Positions 1-11,800 of a stretch of 64,000 nt of DNA are shown piece after piece. Position 1 is the first letter of the stretch. Every line of letters starts with the position of its first letter. The position numbers and the translations under genes are program-made. Below the pieces are notes generated by a model. That model saw nothing but the letters and a program-made list of their open reading frames with translations. It was not told the DNA's origin and did not search any database. The stretch is from Balanoglossus misakiensis (Eukaryota; Animalia; Hemichordata): the NCBI GenBank assembly GCA_040954595.2, contig CM082590.2, positions 3,286,001-3,350,000 of the forward strand, written 5' to 3'.

Positions 1-848
1 AGCATATTGTCTCGTATGTTCGATAACAGTAATACATGTAGATTGTCCGGAGGAAAAAAAAGAAAAAAAAAAAAAATTGCAGTACCGTACAATTTATCTC
101 GCATAGTCATACATTGATACAAACGGTCCAGCGTACTACATACAACTGCTGGTCGAGGGCGAGGTATGCGCTGGGCAAAATCACTAAGTGAAATACGACT
201 TGAAACAGCACATTTAGAATTACATTGAGATGATGCTCGCAGTGATTCTGTGAGACACAGATTCTAAATTCATGTACACAATTCATGCCGTATCTTTGGC
301 TATGGAGTACGTACACAGTGAATGCACGAATATGTACTTACCGGTCGATCAGTACCTTTGCGACCTGGCGGTTCGTTTCCAATACCAAGGAGCGTTTGAT
401 TTCATTCCAACGATGAATTTCCGAGAAAATGTTTATCTGACCTACTTGTTTCAGCAATTGTTTACGTTTTTTTGCCGAAGCAGTGGTTTGTGGGCGGCCA
501 CGAGCACGTTTACGTTTACCACTGCTACTGGGAACAGACGCCAAAGCATCCGCCATGACTGTCGCTACAGCTATAATTATATGTATGACGTTTCATTTTG
601 TGTATATACCCTTGCACATGCGCACATTGGTAATGATCGAAGCCCGGCCCGCGTCCGCGCTCGAATAAATGGTAAAGAACGATTATTCATTTTGGTGATT
701 TTTTTACTCTCGTGTCTACAAGCGGGATGGAACTTGTGTGTGGTCGAACGTTGATTCACTATATATCAACATTTAAAATAACATACACAGTGTCTTGAAT
801 GAATCAAAATTAATGGAAAAAAGGCAAAAAGAGAGAGACTTTGTCCCT
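1..848 (-). mobile_element. Terminal part of a Kolobok-type (TTAA) DNA transposon, continuing beyond the window start
   Basis: Ends ...GACTTTGTCCCT followed by TTAA (849-852), i.e. TTAA|AGGGACAAAGT on the minus strand. 660-848 is homologous to both arms of the MITE at 2613-2943. A coding-like exon starts about 290 bp inside the end. TTAA target plus AGGG terminus is typical of Kolobok/T2 elements. Confidence 0.7.
342..556 (-). CDS. Probable first exon of a transposon-encoded (Kolobok-type transposase N-terminal) protein
   Basis: Start context AGTC-ATG-GCG, basic NLS-like GKRKRARGRP and AKKRK, then INIFSEIHRWNEIKRSLVLETNRQVAKVLIDR. This resembles, from memory, the RxNIG..F.RW.EL+...L.TD.EVA..LLDR motif of such proteins. 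The frame ends at a canonical donor CG|GTAAGT (intron starts at 341, phase 2), so the TAA in the ORF track is intronic. Confidence 0.6.
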
Positions 849-1176
849 TTAAGTCAAAGGCTGATATTTCTCACTGTGTGTGACCAGGGTATCATTTTAA
901 ACACAGACTGGACTTTGACTACTGTGTCCAATGGAAAAAATACATCAGCATCTATGTCTGCAAAAAGGTGTCAAAACTGACATATCTTATCATGTATGTC
1001 ATCAAACTCAAAGGATAATATCTTCATTTCATGTGACCTGCCTGGTTAAAGTTTACCGCCAACATTTCACCATGCTTTACCCACCCACCCATGGCACAGT
1101 GTGTCAAATCCAATATTTGGTTCGATGAATGAACCATGAAAGTTTCCGAATTGGTACTACCCGAAAACTGCATGGC

Positions 1177-1805
1177 AAGCTAAATTTGGAATTTGGATGG
1201 GGTGGGGAGGTAAAGCTAACCTAACGTACAGTCGTTTAGATTTAACATTATGCCTGTGAGTTACATGTTAATATTTTCTGCATGTCTGTCGCGTACAATG
1301 CGTCGGTGCGGAAAAATGATCACAGGTACTATTCAGAAGAATTCCGCTGAATCATGGTGACGATGTGCATGGAAAAATCCTGATTATGATCTAACTGATA
1401 AACAATAGCATGATATTAATAAAATATACACATTAACCAATGAATGAACCATCGTGAAGATTGTGCCCCAACACTTATTTAAGCTTTTATCATTATTATA
1501 CCTTTGTCATTACTAAATATATCAACAGCCCTGTACACCAAAGCTATCACCACATTTGTTAACCTTTATTACACCATTCATATGAAACCCTTCACCATCA
1601 TCAACCTCTATTATATTCATTGTTTTGGCCCATTATAATCTGTGTACCCTCAATTTTACCACAAACCATCACCACATTAGTTAACTGTTTATTAAACACT
1701 TCCACATGTGTTGCCCATTATTATACCATTGAAATTTATAAATTGATCATCATACCTATCATACAAGCAATTGCTGATTGCTGTTAACCCTTGTGTACCA
1801 CAAGC
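1177..1805 (+). repeat. Dispersed repeat, copy 1 (copy 2 at 33119-33850)
   Basis: Both copies begin AAGCTAAATTTGGAATTTGGATGGGGTGGGGAGG. They share CTGTCGCGTACAATG, AAAATATACACATTAACCAATGAATGAACCA and a decayed TTATTATACC-rich tract. Confidence 0.85.
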
Positions 1806-2311
1806 CATTAGCATGAAATAGGCAACATGAATTTCACATAACACAGTTTGTCAGCTCTGAGAATATTGTTCTCAGGACCATGTCCCACGCTTAATAAAAG
1901 TGTTGTGTATGTGGTACAGTTTAGATTCCTTGTAAGATTTCCCATAACACAGTTCGTGAGCCCCGAAAAGTACCATAACACAATTCTCATGAACATTTCC
2001 CATGATCAATAAAAGTGTTGTGTGTAGCATAGTCATTTTTCCGTTTGCTGTGACATTTGTCTCCGTGTGAGAGTTTAAGTAAATGTGGAAACACGCAAAT
2101 TAGGCAACATCAATATCCCGTACAGAATTCAGTGTGTTTTGTTCGCATTTTTGGTTGCCATTTTGAAAATGAACAAAGGACTTTCCATTGACCAACACCC
2201 GTATGAATACGTCCAAATTACCCAACTTTAATATTCCTTAAATAATTGGTCAGCTGTGCAAATATTTTTCACCTGACCACTTCCTTTGCTAAGCAAGAGT
2301 GTTTTTTATGT

Positions 2312-2447
2312 AATAATATTAATATAATATTTATAACGTATGTAGCACATTAAATCTCAATGTGCTTTAAAGTTGTCCCATGGTCATTTGATTTAGGTCG
2401 TTGGACATAAATATTCCATTCAACTCCCTGGGGAGCAAACAACATCT
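2312..2447 (-). mobile_element. 3' fragment of the SINE at 3022-3358
   Basis: Shares TAGCACATT..AAATCTCAATGTGCT and ACTCCCTGGGGAGCAAACAAC with the full copy. Truncated at the junction with a satellite monomer. Confidence 0.65.
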
Positions 2448-2552
2448 CACCATCTTTAGAAATGTCAAATTACAGTGCTTTTGGCCACGTATTAACCTGG
2501 GGATTTACAGTTAACTTTAAATACACATGCATATGCATTTAATCCCCATGTG
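2444..2552 (+). repeat. Solitary partial monomer of the 192 bp satellite
   Basis: AATGTCAAATTACAGTGCTTTTGGCCACGTATTAACCTGGGGATTTACAG is identical to the array consensus. Confidence 0.9.
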
Positions 2553-2612
2553 ACTATAAAACAGTTTGTAAATGTGAATATGTCCACATTACACAACTTG
2601 AATTTTACTTAA

Positions 2613-2943
2613 AGGGACAAAGTGTCTCTCTCGCTGCCCTTTTTACCATTAATTATGTTTGATACAAGACATCGTTTATGTTGGCTGTATAGTGAATCAA
2701 TGTTCGACCAAACACAACTTCCACCCCACTTGTACACACAAGAATGAAAAAACTCGCCAAAATGAATAATCGGTGTTTACCATTTATTCATTTTTGCGAG
2801 ATTTTTACTCTCAGATTCTACAAACGGGATGAAAGTTGTTGGTTGAATGTTGATTCACTATATAGCCACATGTAGAATAACATAAATGGGTTCATGTATC
2901 AAACTTAATTGAACAATGGTGGCGAAAGAGAGACTTTGCCCCT
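2613..2943. mobile_element. 331 bp MITE with long imperfect TIRs and TTAA target-site duplication (Kolobok-type)
   Basis: TTAA(2609-2612) AGGGACAAAGT ... ACTTTGCCCCT TTAA(2944-2947). The arms are inverted over about 150 bp. Paralogous empty sites with a single TTAA lie at 2238-2241 and 4240-4243. Confidence 0.88.
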
Positions 2944-3021
2944 TTAAACAATTGGTCAGCTCTGCGAATATAGTTCACCTGACCACTTCCTTTGCTAAGT
3001 AAGAGTGTTGTTTATATAATG

Positions 3022-3358
3022 ATATCAATATAATATTTATTACTTATATAGCACATTACACAATAAATCTCAATGTGCTGCTTCAAAGTGTTTCCCATGG
3101 TAATTTGACCTAGGTCGGTGGACCTAAAATATTCCATCCCACTCCATGGGGAGCAAACAACAGCTCACATGTGCAGCTTTTATATCAGCACAGCAGACCT
3201 AAACATACTCATTACAATATCGGATCCACCAAATTACCTTTTCTTATGGGCGGGGAGAGGCAAGGAGATGTAAACACCACAACACCACAACCATGCCAGG
3301 GATCAAACCCTTGATTCTTTGATTATGGGTCTGATGCTCTAACGACTGGACTATGACT
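3022..3358 (-). mobile_element. Decayed tRNA-derived SINE with L2-like tail
   Basis: The minus strand reads GTCATAGTCCAGTCGTTAGAGCATCAGAC (A-box-like), GGGTTTGATCCCTGG (B-box-like), a body with TGCTCCCCATGGAGT, and a tail AGCACATTGAG...AATGTGCTATATAAGT followed by AT-rich repeats. Confidence 0.65.
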
Positions 3359-4315
3359 TTATGTGGCACAATGACCTTTCCATTTAGTGCCTTGTTCAGC
3401 TCTCAGTCAGGGTTTAAGCAAATATGGAAACATGCATATTAGGCTCTTTGAATTTCCAAAAATTCAGTGTGTCAGCTCCCATTTCCCAAGACCAGTTCCC
3501 GTGCTAAATAAAAGTGCTGTGTGTGGCATAATCATTTTTCCGTCTGCTGTGACATTTGTCTCCCTGTGAGAGTTTAAGTAAATGTGGAGACACGCAAATT
3601 AGGCAATCCCATATATCCCATACATAATTCAGTGTGTTTTGTTCACATTTTTGGTTTTTATTTTGAAAATGAACAAAGGAGTTTCCTATCATTGAGCAAC
3701 TCACTCCATTAACAGTTGCTCGATATGCAGGCTAACTTGCTAGATCACTAAAGACTTAAAACATGTTGAGGTTGGTGCCCCAAACCCTCTTGAAGACAAC
3801 TGGTTGCTAACGATTGCCAATTAGGCAATTTGGATATTCTACACATAACACAGTTTGTCAACTTTGAGAATACTGTTCTCAATACTATTTCCCATGCTTA
3901 ATAGAAGTGTTGAGTAACAGTATGTGGTAGAATGGCATTCCTATACGTTGCCTTCTTTTGCTCATTATCACGGTTTCAGTAAATTTAGAGACACGCAAGT
4001 TTAGCAGCTTGAATTTCTCATAACACAGTTTTGAGCTCCGAGAACACAGTTCTCATGAACATTTCCCATGCTCCATAAAAGTGTTGTGTATGTCTTACAA
4101 TGATCTTTCCATACGCTGCCTTGTATAGCTGCTGTTAATAATTCAAGTTAATGTGGAGACGTTTAGGCAACATCAACGTCCCATACATAACACAGTTTGT
4201 AGGTATGAATACATCCAAAATACCCAACTTTAATTTTCCTTAAAGAATTGGTCAGCTCTGCAAATATATTTCACCTGACCACTTCCTTAGCTAAGTAAGA
4301 GTGTTGTTTATGTAA

Positions 4316-4951
4316 CATATCATACATGCAACGCCTGTATTTAACACTTTCTATTGTTCTCGCCCCGAAGATATTTTACGGTATTTCACAATGTGAAAAT
4401 ATCGCGTCCACGTCTCGGCGTGACAGTTCACTGCGCGCGCGAGCGACACACGGGGCATAGTGGAGAGGGGTGTTGTAAAATTCGGTTATTAGAAGCTGTA
4501 ATAAAGTTTTCAAAGCTGGCGGTTTTGTAATGTTGAATGCATCATTTTTAGTTCTTCGAAATTCTCAATGCAAAATAATTGTTAACATGATATTTTGAAA
4601 GAGAACGTAGACAATTTTATTTAGAATGTGGATGTGCCCATCGTAATGAAAGCTGCCAACCCCCTTAAAATGATACTACGGCCCACACGTCATACGTCAC
4701 AACATGGCTACTGCCGTGATCCCAGCGCCCGGTTCAAATTTGAAATTGTTTTTCTCGGCGCATTTCTGCAAATCGTACTGTTTTATAGGTAGGCATGTAT
4801 GATAAAGAGGTTATTACACGAATTTTGGTCGATAACGCGACGCATTCTCGTGATGTCTGTATTTTGACTCGTTGCGAAGCGCAACTCATCAAAATACGGA
4901 CATCACTCGAATACGACGCGTTATCGACCAAAATCCGTGTAATAACCCCTA
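4316..4951. mobile_element. About 635 bp CpG-rich insertion ending in a 145 bp palindrome
   Basis: Absent from the paralogous site near 2313 (TTTATGTAA|TAATATTAATATAAT), and both flanks resume. No clear TIR pair or TSD. Confidence 0.75.
4806..4950. repeat. Long imperfect palindrome (71 bp arms, 3 nt loop)
   Basis: AGAGGTTATTACACGAATTTTGGTCGATAACGCG pairs with CGCGTTATCGACCAAAATCCGTGTAATAACCCCT. Centre GTTGCG-AAG-CGCAAC at 4871-4885. Confidence 0.95.
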
Positions 4952-5084
4952 AATATTAATATAATATTTATAACTTATGTAGCACATTAAATCTCAACAT
5001 GCTTTAAAGTTGTCCCATGGTAATTTGACCTAGGTCGTTGGACCTTACTATTCCATTCAACTCCCTGGGGAGCAAACAACATCT
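4952..5084 (-). mobile_element. 3' fragment of the same SINE, abutting the satellite array
   Basis: Same sequence and same breakpoint (GGGAGCAAACAACATCTCAC|CAT) as 2312-2447. Confidence 0.65.
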
Positions 5085-5899
5085 CACCATCATTAGAAAT
5101 GTCAAATTACAGTGCTTTTGGCCACGTATTAACCTGGGGATTTACAATCAACTTTAAATCCACATATGCACCATATTCCAATGTCAATGTGAAGGGCTTG
5201 AAATACCATCTACCCTGATGCATCATCAAGTTTGTTTCGACAACTTTAAATCCCCTTCAGCAAGCATTTTATACCCATGTCAAAGTGCAGAGCTTGCATC
5301 ACCATCTATCCTGATGCATCATCAAGCTGCTTCGCCATTTGCCCTGATGCAAAGAATCAGATATAGTGTCACCATTGCATTAGCAATGTCAAATTACAGT
5401 TCGTTTTGCCGTATACTAACCTGGGGATTTACAATCAACTTTAAATCCCCATATGCATTATATTCTAATGTCAATGTGAAGGGCTTGAAACACCATCTAT
5501 CCTGATGCATCATCAAGCTTGCTTCACCATTTTCCCTGATGCAAAGAATCAGATTTAGTGTCACGGTAGCATTAGCAAATCCCCATATGCATTTAACACC
5601 CACGTCAAAGTGAAGTGTTTGCATCCCTATCTACCGTGATGCATCATCAAGCTTGCATCGCCATTAACCCTGATGCAAAGAATCAGATTCAATATCATCG
5701 TTGCATTAGCAATGTCAAATTACAGTGCTTATGGCCACGTATTAACCTGGGAATTTACAGACAACTTTAAATACCCATGCATATGCATTAAATACCTATG
5801 TCAAAGTGCAGAGCTTGCATCACCATCTATCCTGATGCATCATCAAGCTGCTTCGCCATTTGCCCTGATGCAAAGAATCACATTCAATGTCACCATTGC

Positions 5900-8800
5900 A
5901 TTAGCAATTTTAAATTACAGTGTTTTTGGCCATGTATTAACCTAGGGATTTGCAATTAACTTTAAATCCCCATATGCGTTATATTCCAATGTCAAGTGAA
6001 GGGCTTGAAACACCATCTATCCTGATGCATCATCAAGCTTGCTTCACAATTTACCCTGATGCAAAAAAATCACATTCAGCGTCACCATTTCATTAGCAAT
6101 GTCAAATTACAGTGATTATGGCCACGTATTAACCTGGGGATTTACAGACAACATTAAATACCCATGCATATACATTAAATACCTATGTCAAAGTTCAGAG
6201 CTTGCATCACCATCTACTCTGATGCATCATCAAGCTTGCATCGCCATTCCCCCTAATGCAAAGAATCAGATTCAATGTCACCCTTGCATTAGCAATTTTA
6301 AATTACAGTGCTTTTGGACATGTATTAACCTAGGGATTTTCAATCAACTTTAAATCCCCATATGCGTTATATTCCATTGTCAATGTGAAGGGCTTGAAAC
6401 ACCATCTGTCCTGATGCATCATCAAGCTTGCTTCACAATTTACCCCGATGGAAAGAATCAGATTTAATGTCACGGTAGCATTAGCAATGTCAAACTACAG
6501 TGCTTATGGCCACGTATCAACCTGGGGATTTACAATCAACTTTAAATCCCCATATGCGTTATATTCCAATGTCAATGTGAAGGGCTTGAAATACCATCTA
6601 CCCTGATCCATCATCAAGCTGCTTCCCAATTTGCCCTGATGCAAAGAATCAGATATAGTGTCAACATTGCATTAGCAATGTCAAATTACAGTGCTTTTGG
6701 ACACGTATTAACACAGGGATTTATAATCTACTTGAAATCCCTATATGCTTTTTATACCCATGTCTAAGCGAAGTGTTTGCATCACTATCTACTGTGATGC
6801 ATCATCAAGCATGCTTCGCCATTTACGCTGATGCAAAGAATCAGATTCAATGTCACCATTGCATTAGCAATGTCAAATTACAGTGCTTTTGGACACGTAT
6901 TAACACAGGGATTTATAATCTACTTGAAATCCCTATATGCTTTTTATACCCATGTCAAAGCGAAGTGTTTGCATCACTATCTACAGTAATGCATCGTCAA
7001 GCATGCTTCGCCATTTGCCCTAATGCAAAGAATCACATTAAATGTCACTGTTGCATTCGCAATGTCAAATTACTGTGCTTTTGGCCCCGTATTAACCTGG
7101 CGATTTACAGTCAACTTTAAATCCCCATATGCATTATATTCCAATGTCAATGTGAAGGGCTTGAAAAACCATCTACCCTGATGCATCATCAAGTTTGTTT
7201 CGCCATTAACCCTGATGCAAATAATCAGTGTCACCATAGCATTAGCAATGGCAAATAAAAGTGCTTTCGGCCACATATTAACCCAGGGATTTATAATCAA
7301 CTTGAAATCCCCATATGAATTTTATACCTATGTCAAAGCAAAGTGCTTGCATCAATATCTACCGTGATGCATCATCAAGCTTGCTTCGCCATTTGCCCTA
7401 ATGCAAAGAATCAGATTCAATGTCACTGTAGCATTAGCAATGTCAAATTACAGTTCGTTTGGCCGTTTACTAACCTGGGGATTTACAATCAACTTTAAAT
7501 CCCCATATGCATTATATTCTAATGTCAATGTGAAGGGCTTGAAACACCATCTATCCTGATGCATCATCAAGCTTGCTTCACCATTTTCCCTGATGCAAAG
7601 AATCAGATTTAGTATCACGGTAGCATTAGCAATGTCAAATTACAGTGCCTATGGCCACGTATTAACCTCGGGATGTACGGACAACTTTAAATACCCTTGC
7701 ATATACATTTAATACCTATGTCAAAATGCAGAGCTTGCATCACCATATACTCCAATGCATTATTAAGCTTGCTTCACCATTTTCCCTGATGCAAAGAATC
7801 AGATTAAATGTCACCGTTGTATTAGCAATGTCAAATTAAAGTGCTTTTGGACTTGTATTAACCCAGGGATTTACAGTCAACTTTTAATCCCCCTGTATAC
7901 ATTTTAAACCCCGGTGTCAAAGTTTAGTGATTGCATCACCATTGACCCTGGTGCATCATCAAGCATTCTTCAGAATTTGCCCTGATGCAAAGAATCAGAT
8001 TCAATGTCACCCTTGCATTAGCAATTTTAAATTACAGTGCTTTTGGACATGTATTAACCTAGGGATTTACAGTCAACATTAAATACCCATGCACATGCAT
8101 TAAATACCTATGTCAAAATGCATAGCTTGCATCACCATCTACTCCAATGCATCATTAAGCTTGCTTAGCCATTTCCCCTAATGCAAAGAATTACATTCAA
8201 TGTCACCATTTCATTAGCAATGTCAAATTACAGTGCTTTTGGATGCGTATTAACCCAAGGATTTGTAATCAACTTGAAATCCCCATATGCATTTAATACC
8301 CATGTCAAAGTGAACTGTTTGCATCACTATCTACCGTGATGCATCATCAAGCCTGCATCGCCATTTACCCTTATGCATAGAATCAGATTCAATGTCACCG
8401 TTGCATTAGCAATGTCAAATAAAAGTGCTTGTGGCCATTATTAACCTAGGGATTTACAATCAACTTTAAATCCCCATATGCATTATATTCAAAAGACAAT
8501 GTGAAGGGCTTGGAACACCATCTATCCTGATGCATCATCACGTTTGCTTCACCATTTATCCATATTCAATGTCACCCTTGCATTAGTAATTTTAAATTAC
8601 AGTGCTTTTGGCCATGTATTAACCTCGGGATTTAGAGTCAACTTTAAATATCAATGCGCATGCATTAAATACCCATGTCAAAGTGAAGTGTTTGCATCAC
8701 TATCTACTGAGATGCATCATCAAGCTTGCATCGCCATTTACCCTGATGCAAAGACTCAGATTCAATATCATCGTTGCATTAGCAATGTCAAATTACAGTG

Positions 8801-11800
8801 CTTATGGCCACGTATTAACCTGAGGATTTACAGTCAACATCAAATACCCATGCATATGCATTAAATACCTATGTCAAAGTGCAGAGCTTGCATCACCATC
8901 TACTCTGATGCACCATTAGGCTTGCTACGCCATTTCCCCTAATGCAAAGAATCACATTCAATGTCACCATTGCTTTTGGCCATGTATTAACCTGGGGATT
9001 TACAATCAACTTTAAATCCCCGTATGCGTTATATTCCAATGTCAATGTGAAGGGCTTGAAACACCATCTATCATGATACATCATCAAGCTTGCTTCACAA
9101 TTTACCCTGATGCAAAGAATCAGATTTAGTATCACGGTAGCATTAGCAATGTCAAATTACAGTGATTATGGCCACGTATTAACCTGGGGATTTACAGACA
9201 ACTTTAAATACCCATGCATATACATTTAATACCTATGTCAAAATGCAGAGCTTGCATCACCATATACTCCGATGCATTATTAAGCTTGCTTCACCATTTG
9301 CCCTGATGCAAAGAATCAGATTAAATGTCACCGTTGTATTATCAATGTCAAATTACGGTGCTTTTGGACTTGTATTAACCTGGGGATTTACAGTCAACTT
9401 TTAATCCCCCTGTATACATTTTAAACCCCGGTGTCAAAGTTAGTGATTGCATCATCATTGACCCTGGTGCATCATCAAGCATTCTTCAGAATTTGCCCTG
9501 ATGCAAAGAATCAGATTCAATATCACCCTTGCATTAGCAATTTTAAATTACAGTGCTTTTGGACATGTATTAACCTGGGGATTTACAGTCAACATTAAAT
9601 ACCCATGCATAGGCATTAAATACCTATGTCACAATGCATAGCTTACATCACCATCTACTCTGATGCACCATTATGCTCGCTACGCCATTTCCCCTAATGC
9701 AAAGAATGACATTCAATGTCACCATTGCATTTGCAATTGTAAACTACAGTGCTTTTGGCCATGTATTAACCTAGGGATTTTCAATCAACTTTAAATCCCC
9801 ATATGCGTTATATTCCATTGTCAATGTGAAGGGCTTGAAACACCATCTGTCCTGATGCATCATCAAGCTTGCTTCACAATTTACCCCGATGGAAAGAATC
9901 AGATTTAATGTCATGGTAGCATTAGCAATGTCAAACTACAGTGCTTATGGCCACCTATCAACCTGGGGATTTACAATCAACTTTAAATCCCCATATGCGT
10001 TATATTCCAATGTCAATGTGAAGGGCTTGAAATACCATCTACCCTGATGCATCATCAAGTTTGTTTTGACAACTTTAAATCCCCTTCAGCATGCATTTAA
10101 TCCCCATGTCAAAGTGCAGAGCTTGCATCACCATCTATCCTGATGCATCATCAAGCTGCTTCGCCATTTGCCCTGATGCAAAGAATCAGATATAGTGTCA
10201 CCATTGCATAAGCAATGTCAAATTACAGTGCTTTTGGACACGTATTAACACAGGGATTTATAATCTATTTGAAATCCCTATATGCTTTTTATACCCATGT
10301 CTAAGCGAAGTGTTTGCATCACTATCTACTGTGATGCATCGTCAAGCATGCTTCGCCATTTGCCTTAATGCAAAGAATCAGATTAAATGTCACTGTTGCA
10401 TTCGCAATGTCAAATTACTGTGCTTTTGGCCACGTATTAACCTGGCGATTTACAGTCATCTTTAAACATCTGTGCATATGCATTAAATACGCATGTCAAA
10501 GTGCAGTGTCTCCATCACCATTGATCCTGATGCATCACCAAGCATGCTTCGCTATATGCCCTGATGCAAAGAATCAGATTTAGTATCACAGTAGCATTAG
10601 CCATGTCAAATTACAGTGCTTTTGGCTATGTATTAACCTGGGGATTTACAATCAACTTTAAATCCCCATATGCATTATATTCCAATGTCAATGTGAAGGG
10701 CTTGAAATACCATCTACCCTGATGCATCATCAAGTTTGTTTCGCCATTAACCCTGATGCAAATAATCAGTGTCACCATAGCATCAGCAATGTCAAATTAC
10801 TGAGCATTTGGCCATGTATTAACTTGCGGGTTTACAATCAACTTCAAATCCCCATATGCATTATATTGCAATGTTAACTTGAACGGCTTGAAACACCATC
10901 TATACTGATGCATCATCAAGCTTTCTTCACAATTTACCCTGATGTAAAGAATCAGATTTAGTGTCGCCATAGCATTAGCAATGGCAAATAAAAGTGCTTT
11001 CGGCCACATATTAACCCAGGGATTTATAATCAACTTGAAATCCCTATATGAATTTTATAACTATGTCAAAGCGAAGTGCTTGCATCAATATCTACCGTGA
11101 TGCATCATCAAGCTTGCTTCGCCATTTGCCCTAATGCAAAGAATCAGATTCAATGTCACTGTTGCATTAGCAATGTCAAATTATAGTGCGTTTGGCCGTA
11201 TACTAACCTGGGGATTTACAATCAACTTTAAATCCCCATATGCATTATATTCTAATATCAATGTGAAGGGCTTGAAACACCATCTATCATGATGCAACAT
11301 CAAGCTTGCTTCACCATTTTCCCTGATGCAAAAAATCAGATTTAGTGTCATGGTAGCATTAGCAAATCCCCATATGCATTTGATACCCATGTCAAAGTGA
11401 AGTGTTTGCATCACTATCTACCGTGATGCATCATCAAGCTTGCATCGCCATTCACCCTTATGCAAAGAATCAGATTCAATGTCACCGTTGCATTAGCAAT
11501 GTCAAATTACAGTGCTTATGGCCACGTATTAACCTGAGGATTTACAGTCAACATTAAATACCCATGCATATCCATTAAATACCTATGTCAAAGTGCAGAG
11601 CTTGCATCACCATTTACTCTGATGCACCATTAGGCTTGCTACGCCATTTCCCCTAATGCAAAGAATCACATTCAATGTCACCATTGCATTAGCAATTTTA
11701 AATTACAGTGTTTTTGGCCATGTATTAACCTATGGATTTGCAATTAACTTTAAATCCCCATATGCGTTATATTCCAATGTCAAGTGAAGGGCTTGAAACA

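Larger units (their letters stand above)
1810..5084. repeat. Old local triplication (about 1810-2560, 2560-3400, 3400-5084) containing decayed short tandem units
   Basis: AATTGGTCAGCT...ACCTGACCACTTCCTT.GCTAAG.AAGAGTGTT occurs at about 2244, 2950 and 4246. ATAACACAGTT...ATAAAAGTGTTGTGT units recur in 1820-2180 and 3440-4200. Confidence 0.8.

Noticed and set aside
272-754. 160 aa plus-strand ORF
   Set aside because: Antisense to the better-supported minus-strand exon and runs into the TIR. No recognisable domain.
3285-3358. tRNA gene
   Set aside because: A and B boxes are degenerate, no convincing cloverleaf was seen, and it continues into a SINE body and tail.
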